A stretch of DNA of 64,000 bases, taken from Syntrophaceae bacterium UBA6087 (GTDB lineage Bacteria; Desulfobacterota; Desulfomonilia; UBA1062). The DNA lies in the NCBI GenBank assembly GCA_002448235.1, contig DIXF01000012.1, positions 34,608-98,607 of the forward strand. Direction: 5' to 3'. The first letter of the stretch is position 1. Each line of letters begins with the position of its first letter. Under the pieces are notes generated by a model. It had not been told where the DNA came from and did not search any database. It saw only the letters and a list, made by a program, of their open reading frames with translations. The translations under genes and the position numbers were made by a program. This document shows, piece after piece, positions 39,460 through 47,215 of this stretch.

Positions 39460-40604
39460 TTGAATGTATCCTTAACCTTGCAGGCTATTTCCTCTGCAAC
39501 ATCTTCTGATATTCCGCTATGAGTTGGAAGAGTGATGAGTCTTTCTGCCACAAGGGCTGCGCCAGGTGTTATCGTTGTCTGGTCTGCAAAGAATTGTCTT
39601 ATATCTGGCTCATTAACTAATGCATTAGGGTACATCCGCCTTACCCCAAGCTTTCTAAGATTATTGGGGATTACTCCTGTGCCCACCATAAGAGGAAATC
39701 TGGTATAGGTTGGGTAAGCTCCATCCGGAATAGGAACGGTACCACAATCATGCAGAATTTTGGAATAAATATCACTAATTATACGTTTGTGCATATTTGA
39801 TTGATTTAATTCATGTATTGCATTTGAACCAAGCCTATCAATCATCTGTGGCATTGAGGAGATGTTAAAATCAGGACTAAAAATAGTTTTCCCTAGGCCT
39901 AAAGGGAGTGTTTCCATAATGCCATAAAACCTTTTATAGGATAAAAACTGGATCGCTAAGCTTGTCAATAACCTCTCATATCCTTTTTCGGCTTCCGGTA
40001 GAGTGATGCTATGTAATATTTCCTTATTTCTCGCAATAAAAGCACCACCATATCCAAGTGGCAAGGGTTTTCCTCTTCCAAAACTAAAGAATCCGAAATC
40101 GCCTATTGTACCCAAGTAATGCCCTTTTAGAATCCCTCCAAGTGCTTGAGCTGCATCCTCGATGATAGTTGAATGAACCCCCTCTGCAATTTCCTTCATT
40201 TCTTCCATCAAAGACGGAATACCAAAGAGATGCTGTACAACAATAGCAAGTGTTTTTTTACTAGCCTCACGCTTTACAGAAATAATATCAGGACCCAAAT
40301 CATCGGATTTGATATCATATACCCTTATTTTTAGCCCTGATCGAACAACAGAAGCTGCCACCGAATAGCAGGTATAAGCCGGAATCAGTACTTCATCCCG
40401 GTAACAGGTTCCAGCAGTTGCCTTCAATGCACGAAGAAGTAGCGTAATCGATGCCCTACCGCTGTTGGCAAGTACGCAGGATTCTATACCAAGGTAAGAG
40501 CATAGCTCCTTCTCAAATCTATTTCTTTTCCCGAGTAAGGCAACCATAAATGACGACGGGCGTATCCGTGTTTCTGCAGGGGGGTACCAGAAAAAAGGAT
40601 TCAT
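39450..40604 (-). CDS. DegT/DnrJ/EryC1/StrS-family sugar aminotransferase
   Basis: IEDAAQALGG and FFSFGRGKPL (PLP-lysine) motifs, 384 aa. Confidence 0.85.
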   Translation of the reverse strand: MNPFFWYPPAETRIRPSSFMVALLGKRNRFEKELCSYLGIESCVLANSGRASITLLLRALKATAGTCYRDEVLIPAYTCYSVAASVVRSGLKIRVYDIKSDDLGPDIISVKREASKKTLAIVVQHLFGIPSLMEEMKEIAEGVHSTIIEDAAQALGGILKGHYLGTIGDFGFFSFGRGKPLPLGYGGAFIARNKEILHSITLPEAEKGYERLLTSLAIQFLSYKRFYGIMETLPLGLGKTIFSPDFNISSMPQMIDRLGSNAIHELNQSNMHKRIISDIYSKILHDCGTVPIPDGAYPTYTRFPLMVGTGVIPNNLRKLGVRRMYPNALVNEPDIRQFFADQTTITPGAALVAERLITLPTHSGISEDVAEEIACKVKDTFKCK

Positions 40605-40633
40605 GAGTTCCTATAGATTACCGGAATAAGGGA

Positions 40634-41686
40634 TTATAGAGAGATGAACCTTCTTACTACCGGTCCGATTATATTTGTTATCGCCTGAGGAAGCTGTGAC
40701 CATGCCTTTTCGATCATTCTTCTTGCCCTGCCGTTGGATGAAACGGATTGAGGTTGAGCGTGATTATTTGCCCCTTTCATATACCAGAACAATGGCTGCG
40801 GCTTTGCCCCCCACTGCTCTTTGAATCTGTATGTTCCCTCATCCGGGGTAGACCGCCCGAAATCAAAACTTTTAAAGCCATTGTTGCATGCGTATTCCAG
40901 AAAGCCCCAGTACAGGAGCATGTTGGGGCTAAAATGATTGTAATCCCTGAGAGTCGAGGCCCAAGGAATTGAGACAGTATCTCTGCAATTCAGGACGATT
41001 CCTGCTGCTATGGGAAAATTCTCTTTATACACTATGCCCACATGCCCCTTGCCTTCAAAGGCATTGACCACTGATTCAATCCATTTCCTCGCATGCACCG
41101 GCGATCCAAGATCACGCATATTCCTGGTAAACACCCTATAGAATTGATCTATCTTTTCTGTTGAGCCGATCTCGAATCTCAAACCTTCTTTTTGAGGCTT
41201 TTTAATCTGACTTCTCAGCTTGGATTTAAAAGTTTTCCAGAGTGCATCGGGTGATTCCGGAAGATCGAGAAGCATTCTTGATTTATAAGTGGTTACGTTA
41301 AAAGAAGGTGAGTTCTGAAGAGCGGATTCACTATACTTACAGCGAATATCCAGTTCGGCTTTATGGGTTATTGCCAAGTCAGAAGCCTTACTCAGAAGAC
41401 TATCCGAGGCTTCGGCGCTCTGAGCCAGGATACCTCCGTAATCACAGAATGGAAGGGATACGAATACCCTCTTCAGAAAAGGCACCTTCATATAGATAAG
41501 AGGAAGGATACCTTGGATCCGGCCCCCACTATCTTCTGCCATCAAATAATAAGGCTCATGATAGTATGCGTTCTCAACAGCCATCTTCCACGCAAACAGA
41601 TGGTAAGGGCCACCATCCTTGTGTGACTGTACAAAGGTATCCCATTGCAGTAGATCGCTATCCTCAGCCCTTCGGACAGTGAGCAT
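40634..41686 (-). CDS. FemAB-family protein, PEP-CTERM-locus type
   Basis: WDTFVQSH...YHLFAWKMAVENAYYHEPYYLMAED...IQGILPLIYMK...VSLPFCDYGG matches the FemAB-like family found in exosortase EPS loci. Confidence 0.75.
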   Translation of the reverse strand: MLTVRRAEDSDLLQWDTFVQSHKDGGPYHLFAWKMAVENAYYHEPYYLMAEDSGGRIQGILPLIYMKVPFLKRVFVSLPFCDYGGILAQSAEASDSLLSKASDLAITHKAELDIRCKYSESALQNSPSFNVTTYKSRMLLDLPESPDALWKTFKSKLRSQIKKPQKEGLRFEIGSTEKIDQFYRVFTRNMRDLGSPVHARKWIESVVNAFEGKGHVGIVYKENFPIAAGIVLNCRDTVSIPWASTLRDYNHFSPNMLLYWGFLEYACNNGFKSFDFGRSTPDEGTYRFKEQWGAKPQPLFWYMKGANNHAQPQSVSSNGRARRMIEKAWSQLPQAITNIIGPVVRRFISL

Positions 41687-41690
41687 TAAA

Positions 41691-42614
41691 CTATAAACCC
41701 ATCCTTTGGACAGCCTTATTGATAAACGGTGCTAGATCTTTTGCTGCCTTTGCATTACCTTCGCTGCTGGGGTGGCTGTCTCTCCCATTACCTGTGGGAT
41801 ACATGGACCAGTTTGATTTCCCATGATCGGTCAGGACATCATAATAATCGTAAACAACGACATTCTTCAATTTATAATCTTTAAGCCAGCCGTTCTCATT
41901 GTCTTTGAGCCAATTATTGAAGCTCCTGGCCCGCACACCGACCTTTCCAGCGGCATCGTCTCTCTTTAAAACATCCTTGAGGAACGTTTTGATGGACGTT
42001 TTTGGTTCTGCCAGAGGCGGTGCAGTCAGAACGACGAACAACGTGTCCGGCTGCTTTTCGAAATACTGCAGCAAAGAGCGGTAAGAAGCCTTGAAATTAG
42101 CCGTTGTCTGGCCACAGGAGTCCGGGTTCCCGGGCTCGATACCGTCTGCTTCTATCCAATTGTTCGGATAACAGGATTTGAACATGACGATCTTGTTCTT
42201 TGTGTCATCGCTGAAAAACTGATCCTGATTGTTGCACTTCAATATCTTTTCCATCTGCGTTTTGAATTTTTGGTTCCAATGGCAGATGTCTGTTTTGTCG
42301 CCAATAAGAGAGGTATAGGAAGCTTCATGAACGATATAGTTATTCTTTTCGAGAAGCTGTCGTAATCCTCCTCCATTGGGATGAGTTCTATAAATGCAGT
42401 TATCGCCGTTTTCTTCCCCATTATCTGCCAGGAGCTGTCCCCCGCAGGAATGGTGAATAAAGAGTAGATGAAGGGGATCAGCCGGCTTCTCAGAAGAAAA
42501 ACCTGATAGATCTATTGTTTTCACGTCCATAGTACTCCCCGAATCGTCATTTGCCGTGCATGCCAGCAGAAAAAATAATGCGGCACAGGTGATAGTCAAT
42601 CGCATGATTTTCAA
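41691..42614 (-). CDS. lipoprotein, possibly SGNH/GDSL-hydrolase-like
   Basis: Lipobox LLAC at the end of the signal peptide. FIHHSCGG (block-I-like) and RDSHPSSEGNAKAA (DxxH block-V-like) motifs. The functional call is tentative. Confidence 0.4.
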   Translation of the reverse strand: MKIMRLTITCAALFFLLACTANDDSGSTMDVKTIDLSGFSSEKPADPLHLLFIHHSCGGQLLADNGEENGDNCIYRTHPNGGGLRQLLEKNNYIVHEASYTSLIGDKTDICHWNQKFKTQMEKILKCNNQDQFFSDDTKNKIVMFKSCYPNNWIEADGIEPGNPDSCGQTTANFKASYRSLLQYFEKQPDTLFVVLTAPPLAEPKTSIKTFLKDVLKRDDAAGKVGVRARSFNNWLKDNENGWLKDYKLKNVVVYDYYDVLTDHGKSNWSMYPTGNGRDSHPSSEGNAKAAKDLAPFINKAVQRMGL

Positions 42615-42909
42615 CCTCGATTAAAAAAAGTTAAGAGCTCCGCCACTGCAGGTGAATCCAGCGCTCCCCGACATCATGACCAACAAGGTACCCATAATCT
42701 CAATTCCCAAAATGCTATAGGGATGTTCGACATCCTTCAAGTGAAACCTGCTTGGTAATGCGACTTACCAGTACTCAGACAGTCGGCATCGCCCATACAA
42801 AACTTTATCACAAGAGGATTATGCACGTATGCCAAAATAAAGCTTATTCAAGATTTTTTATTGTTCAGCCCCTATTGCTTTTCACAGCACGCTCGCGTAA
42901 TCCTTTATC

Positions 42910-43869
42910 ATGAAATTGAAAGTCCTTGTATATAATATTTTTGTTCTCGGGGTAGCGCTAATCTCTCTGACTTTTCTCCTGTTTGCTGATCTGGGAGAAG
43001 ATAAATCACGAATCCCCGATGCGATCATGAACTTTGGGCATTTGCCTCTGTTCGGAGTAGTGGCCCTGGTGTTACTCTGGGTTTTAAATAAGAGAAGATG
43101 GCCTGTTACTAACATTCAATACTATACTATATCTTTCTTTGCCATGTTGTTTCTCGGGATGATGACTGAGTTTATGCAGATGCTTACCCCTGATCGATTT
43201 TTCGAAATCACGGATATTTTCTATGATGCGGTCGGCGCCCTCACCTTTCTCATCCTTGCATATCCTTCCCTTGGGAATCCGTTAAGCAAAATGAATATCT
43301 ATAAAAAGGTGAGCTTTTTTGTTATCGCCTTAGCAGGCCTTCCCATTTATCTTTCCGTTATCGATACCTGGCGTATGAACAGTGATATTCCTCTTCTCGG
43401 CTCCTTCGAGACGCGCCTGGAAATGGATCGCTGGTCAGCTAGCGATAGTACATTCAGCCGGTCGAAGAAACAGGCAGCCCACGGGTCATACTCCCTTGAG
43501 GCTCATCTTCAGCCCGGCCAGTATCCGGGGATTGCTCTTGAATACCTTTTCGAAGACTGGAGAGGATTTGATTCTTTTTCATTCGATGTGTATCTTGAGG
43601 GGAGCAACCCATTGCCTGTGGTTGTCCGGATCAACGATCTGCATCATAATCAGATGTTCAATGACCGTTTCAACAGGAGATTTACGCTCAAGCCGGGCAG
43701 AAACAGCATCTCGATCAGCTTGGATGAAGTAGAAAAAGCACCGCGGACTCGATCCATGGATATGAGCAGGATCAAGAATGTCTGCATCTTCTCGTATCAG
43801 TTGAAAGATCCCAGGGTGTTGTATTTCGATCACTTCAGGCTGGTAATTTTCCATTCAATGGAGAGGTAA
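42910..43869 (+). CDS. VanZ-like membrane domain fused to a C-terminal beta-sandwich (CBM-like) domain
   Basis: N-terminal four TM segments with NFGHLPLFG and ITDIFYDAVGAL VanZ-type motifs. The C-terminal roughly 170 aa is soluble and beta-rich (SYSLEAHLQPGQYPGIALEY...FSFDVYLEG...). Confidence 0.55.
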   Translation: MKLKVLVYNIFVLGVALISLTFLLFADLGEDKSRIPDAIMNFGHLPLFGVVALVLLWVLNKRRWPVTNIQYYTISFFAMLFLGMMTEFMQMLTPDRFFEITDIFYDAVGALTFLILAYPSLGNPLSKMNIYKKVSFFVIALAGLPIYLSVIDTWRMNSDIPLLGSFETRLEMDRWSASDSTFSRSKKQAAHGSYSLEAHLQPGQYPGIALEYLFEDWRGFDSFSFDVYLEGSNPLPVVVRINDLHHNQMFNDRFNRRFTLKPGRNSISISLDEVEKAPRTRSMDMSRIKNVCIFSYQLKDPRVLYFDHFRLVIFHSMER

Positions 43870-43873
43870 TTGC

Positions 43874-43910
43874 AAAACTCCATTCCCACAGAACCTGGAA
43901 TGGAGTTTTT
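43874..43910. terminator. bidirectional rho-independent terminator between convergent genes
   Basis: Perfect 13-bp stem AAAACTCCATTCC / GGAATGGAGTTTT with a 10-nt loop. The A-tract and T-tract give a U-run on either strand. Confidence 0.7.
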
Positions 43911-43990
43911 CGGAACTTTATGTGTGAGCCATCACTTTCGCTGAAGTGACAGTTATTTCGAGCTTTGCCAATCGGATCTATCGCTTAAGC

Positions 43991-44695
43991 TTATTTCTGG
44001 TTCCTTTTCCGGAAACCGGCAAGGCCGAGCAGTCCGCTGCCCAGCAGCATGAGGGTGGCGGGTTCCGGGACCGGGGCAGATGTTTCATAACGGACAAGAT
44101 AGTTCTGGTAGCCGGATACATCGATAGAATACCCTGCCGTAACCATCGGGTTGACGGCAAGAGCCCATGTATAGCTGGCATTGGGAACACCTGCTGTGTT
44201 GACGGCATTCCAGATATTCACGGCATAGGCACTGTATGCGTTGCTCGCCATGAAAGAACCGCTGCCAAGATTGAAAGCCGGATCGAAGATGGTTTCCCAG
44301 ATAGCGATCTGCGAACCTGCCTTTATTGATTCTTCCGAAGCTGTGCCTTCAAAATTCGTGAAGAAGTAGTCGGCTATGGCTGCTGCCGTAAGGTACTTGT
44401 TGACGTTGAGCCCGAACGCTGAAAGCCCGGCGTCGATAGTCAATAAGGTATAGTTTGAGGTCGTGGTGGGTGCATTCCGATTTTCTACACAGAACGCCTC
44501 AACATATGTGCCGCTATTGTTCAGCATAACGTCATAATCAAGATAATAATTCCCGTATCCGGTCGGAGAAGGAAACGTGACATATCCAGTCGGGGATGAA
44601 TACTTCAATGTCAGTTGGACATCTCCGATAATTGCGGCATTTGCGCAGAGCGGAATAAACACTGCAATTACTAATATTTGAAGCAACTTGTTCAT
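43991..44695 (-). CDS. PEP-CTERM sorting-domain protein
   Basis: Signal peptide MNKLLQILVIAVFIPLCANA. The C-terminus is VPEPATLMLLGSGLLGLAGFRKRNQK (PEP motif, TM helix, basic tail). The ATG at 44695 with GGAGG 8 nt upstream is preferred to 44719. Confidence 0.88.
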   Translation of the reverse strand: MNKLLQILVIAVFIPLCANAAIIGDVQLTLKYSSPTGYVTFPSPTGYGNYYLDYDVMLNNSGTYVEAFCVENRNAPTTTSNYTLLTIDAGLSAFGLNVNKYLTAAAIADYFFTNFEGTASEESIKAGSQIAIWETIFDPAFNLGSGSFMASNAYSAYAVNIWNAVNTAGVPNASYTWALAVNPMVTAGYSIDVSGYQNYLVRYETSAPVPEPATLMLLGSGLLGLAGFRKRNQK

Positions 44696-44733
44696 GATGC
44701 TAACCTCCACGTGTTTCAAGTTTGATATAACTC

Positions 44734-44749
44734 AGCAACTAATATGCCA
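44734..44749 (-). promoter_or_regulatory. sigma-54 (-24/-12) promoter
   Basis: The minus strand reads TGGCATATTAGTTGCT, 40 nt upstream of the ATG at 44695. Confidence 0.68.
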
Positions 44750-45045
44750 CTGCAATTTTAATCAGTATCGATCAAACATAAACCTCTATATATATTTATC
44801 TTATTGAGATAGCCCCGGCGTTATTTCCTCATCAATATTGAATGCAAGTTTGACTTTCTGTAAAAAACCCCGACGCTCTTTTTTTCTTTTTGTCAGCCGT
44901 TGTCGCACAACGAACCAGAATGCACGGACTGCATATACGTATTGTTTTGTTATTATTGGTATTAACCGCATCGAAACCGAATTAAATCACAAATGATATT
45001 ACAGTAAATATATTCGACACCGGATTTCGGATCAGCCTGTATGAT

Positions 45046-45072
45046 AAAAAGGCCCCCGGTTTCCCGGAGGCC
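45046..45072 (-). terminator. rho-independent terminator
   Basis: Minus strand GGCCTCCGG-gaaa-CCGGGGGCC followed by TTTTT, 65 nt after the stop at 45137. Confidence 0.75.
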
Positions 45073-45136
45073 TGGTATTCTCAACTGCAATGCCCTTCCC
45101 TCAAGTATGAGGGACCGGCACGGGGAAGAATAGACC

Positions 45137-45907
45137 TTACCCCATAATCCTGACCGAAATCCCTGACGGCACCGTGACCGAGCCGCCGTCGCTGCCGTTT
45201 GAAGTCGGCATGCCGTCCCATACCTCGTAGTCGTCGACCTGGCGGGAGAAAGAGCCCTCCTCTTCGGCGTCGATCGACGGCGCGTGGATGTAGTACATGG
45301 TGTTGGTCCACTTGCCGCGGCCGTAGGTGTCGTTGACCTTGAGGGCGCCGTCGTACCAGAACTTGCTGGCGCCGGTCGAGAACTTTATGTAGAACTCGTA
45401 GCGGTGCCATTTCCCGTCCGTCTGGTTCGGACAGGTCAGCCATCTGCCCGAGCTAACCATAGAGCCCCGCGACATGGCAGAATAGTAAACTGAATTGTTG
45501 CTGGACATGGCGTAATGAACGTAGCTGTCTGTACCATCCCAGTGGGGATAGAAGAATTTCATGTTCTCATGGCTGTCCGTGCTCCTGAATGTGGGGTACC
45601 GCATCCAGAAGGAGACATACAGCTCGTCGGTGGGCCATGGGTTGTAGATGTCCTTTTTCCAGAGCAGGCTGGCCTCGTTCACTGTTCCTGAGGTAAAACT
45701 ATAGCCTTTGCCGCCTCTTCCTACCTGGTTGAGATTATACTGCGGCGGGGTCATTGGAGCCCAGTTGTGCCCGAAAACGCCGAATCTGGCGTCCAGAACC
45801 TTGTCGTCGAAGTTTTCGTAAAGAACCCTGTTTGCTGCATATCCGTTTGCCTGACAGAGCATGAATACCAGCGCTATCATCGTTGTTATCTTTGTTGCCT
45901 GAGACAA
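45137..45907 (-). CDS. secreted jelly-roll-like protein (tandem paralog 1)
   Basis: TTG at 45907 with GGAGG 7 nt upstream gives the signal peptide MSQATKITTMIALVFMLCQANGYA. About 70% identical by eye to 46075-46848. Confidence 0.75.
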   Translation of the reverse strand: MSQATKITTMIALVFMLCQANGYAANRVLYENFDDKVLDARFGVFGHNWAPMTPPQYNLNQVGRGGKGYSFTSGTVNEASLLWKKDIYNPWPTDELYVSFWMRYPTFRSTDSHENMKFFYPHWDGTDSYVHYAMSSNNSVYYSAMSRGSMVSSGRWLTCPNQTDGKWHRYEFYIKFSTGASKFWYDGALKVNDTYGRGKWTNTMYYIHAPSIDAEEEGSFSRQVDDYEVWDGMPTSNGSDGGSVTVPSGISVRIMG

Positions 45908-45940
45908 AATACTACCTCCATCTGTTTTTGCCTCTATGCG

Positions 45941-45956
45941 AGCAACGATCATACCA
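45941..45956 (-). promoter_or_regulatory. sigma-54 (-24/-12) promoter
   Basis: The minus strand reads TGGTATGATCGTTGCT, 35 nt upstream of the TTG start at 45907. Confidence 0.6.
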
Positions 45957-46014
45957 TCGGCATCATGGCATACCCGATTCTTTCAATATCCAGATAATGG
46001 GTTATTGCGCGCAA

Positions 46015-46045
46015 TAAAAAAGGCCCCCGGGAAAACCCGGAGGCC
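46015..46045 (-). terminator. rho-independent terminator
   Basis: Minus strand GGCCTCCGGG-tttt-CCCGGGGGCC followed by TTTTTT, 30 nt after the stop at 46075. Confidence 0.78.
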
Positions 46046-46074
46046 ATTTAAACACATACTGTATATTTTTTAAG

Positions 46075-46848
46075 TTACATGACCCTGATCGATACGGAGG
46101 AGGGTCGTTGTATCGTGGTAGTGCCGGTGCTCGGGGTGGTTGTTCCCGGCATGCCGTCCCAGACTTCCAGGTCATCGACCTGCCTTGAAAAAGAGCCGGG
46201 CTCTTCAGCATCTATGGAAGGCGCGGAGATATAGCGCATGGTCCTTGTCCACTTGCCTGTGCCGAAGGTGTCGTTTACGATAAGTTTTCCGTCATACCAG
46301 AATTTGCTCACGCCGGTCGAAAATTTCACATAGAATTCATACCGGTGCCATTTGCCGTCTGTCTGGTTCGGGCAGGTCAGCCATCTTCCGGCGGTGACCA
46401 TCGTGCCCTGTGCCATGGCAGAATAATACACCGAGCTATTGCTGGACATGGAATAATGAACATAGCTCTGTGCGCCGTCCCAGTGAGGATAGAACAACTT
46501 GATGTTTTCGTGCGAGTCCGTCTGCTTGAAGCTCGGGTAGCGCATCCAAAAAGATACGTAGAAGTCATCGGTAGGCCACGGGTTCGGGATCTGGTTTCTC
46601 CAGTGCAGATAGGCCTCGTTGATCGTTCCGGAAGTGAAACTGTAGCCTGTCCCGTTCCTTCCTGCCGCGTTCAGGTTATACTGCGGCGGGCTTAAGAGTG
46701 CCCAGTCGTGGCCGATGATCTGCAGCCTGCTGTCAAGCACCCTGTCGTCAAAATTTTCATATAGCAGGCGGTTTGCCGCATATCCCTCGATGTGACATAA
46801 CAACAATAACAATAGAGTCGTCGTAGTAAGCTTTATTATGCGAGACAA
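46075..46848 (-). CDS. secreted jelly-roll-like protein (tandem paralog 2)
   Basis: TTG at 46848 with GGGGGA 6 nt upstream gives the signal peptide MSRIIKLTTTTLLLLLLCHIEGYA. The mature protein starts ANRLLYENFDD, like its neighbour. Confidence 0.75.
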   Translation of the reverse strand: MSRIIKLTTTTLLLLLLCHIEGYAANRLLYENFDDRVLDSRLQIIGHDWALLSPPQYNLNAAGRNGTGYSFTSGTINEAYLHWRNQIPNPWPTDDFYVSFWMRYPSFKQTDSHENIKLFYPHWDGAQSYVHYSMSSNSSVYYSAMAQGTMVTAGRWLTCPNQTDGKWHRYEFYVKFSTGVSKFWYDGKLIVNDTFGTGKWTRTMRYISAPSIDAEEPGSFSRQVDDLEVWDGMPGTTTPSTGTTTIQRPSSVSIRVM

Positions 46849-46885
46849 GATTAATCCCCCTCTAAAACTTTTTAATAACCGGTAG

Positions 46886-46901
46886 AGCAACAAACATACC
46901 A
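46886..46901 (-). promoter_or_regulatory. sigma-54 (-24/-12) promoter
   Basis: The minus strand reads TGGTATGTTTGTTGCT, 39 nt upstream of the TTG start at 46848. Confidence 0.6.
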
Positions 46902-47215
46902 CGCAGACCGCTGTGCCCAGGGGCTATACGGTCTTAACCCGCCTTATCGATAAATATTTCTTATGAATTATTCTTTTATATTGTTCAGTTGCACCCTCCG
47001 GGAGGACGAGCCGGGTCTGCTCAAAGATATGCATCAATCGGCTCCGGAAAGGATTTGCTGCCATTCCCCAACCATGACTGCGGGAACGTTTCAGTAAAGG
47101 CAGGCCTTGGGTGAGACAAAACCATCAGCAGCCTGTGAATGCGTCATTATTCACAAGGTTAGCTTGCTTTCAGGTTTTCTGAACATGAAGAGATCAACCG
47201 GCCCGGCAATAAAGC

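Noticed and set aside
45081-46695. Alternative-frame ORFs (45081-45443 -, 45284-45493 +, 46345-46695 +, 46377-46568 -) inside the jelly-roll genes
   Set aside because: They are Arg/Pro/Gly-rich translations of GC-rich DNA. The chosen frames are supported by paralog conservation, signal peptides, RBSs and promoters.
24758-46848. Jelly-roll proteins as additional exosortase (PEP-CTERM) substrates
   Set aside because: None of the three ends in a PEP motif followed by a TM helix and basic tail. Their C-termini are short and hydrophilic, so they are not classical exosortase cargo.
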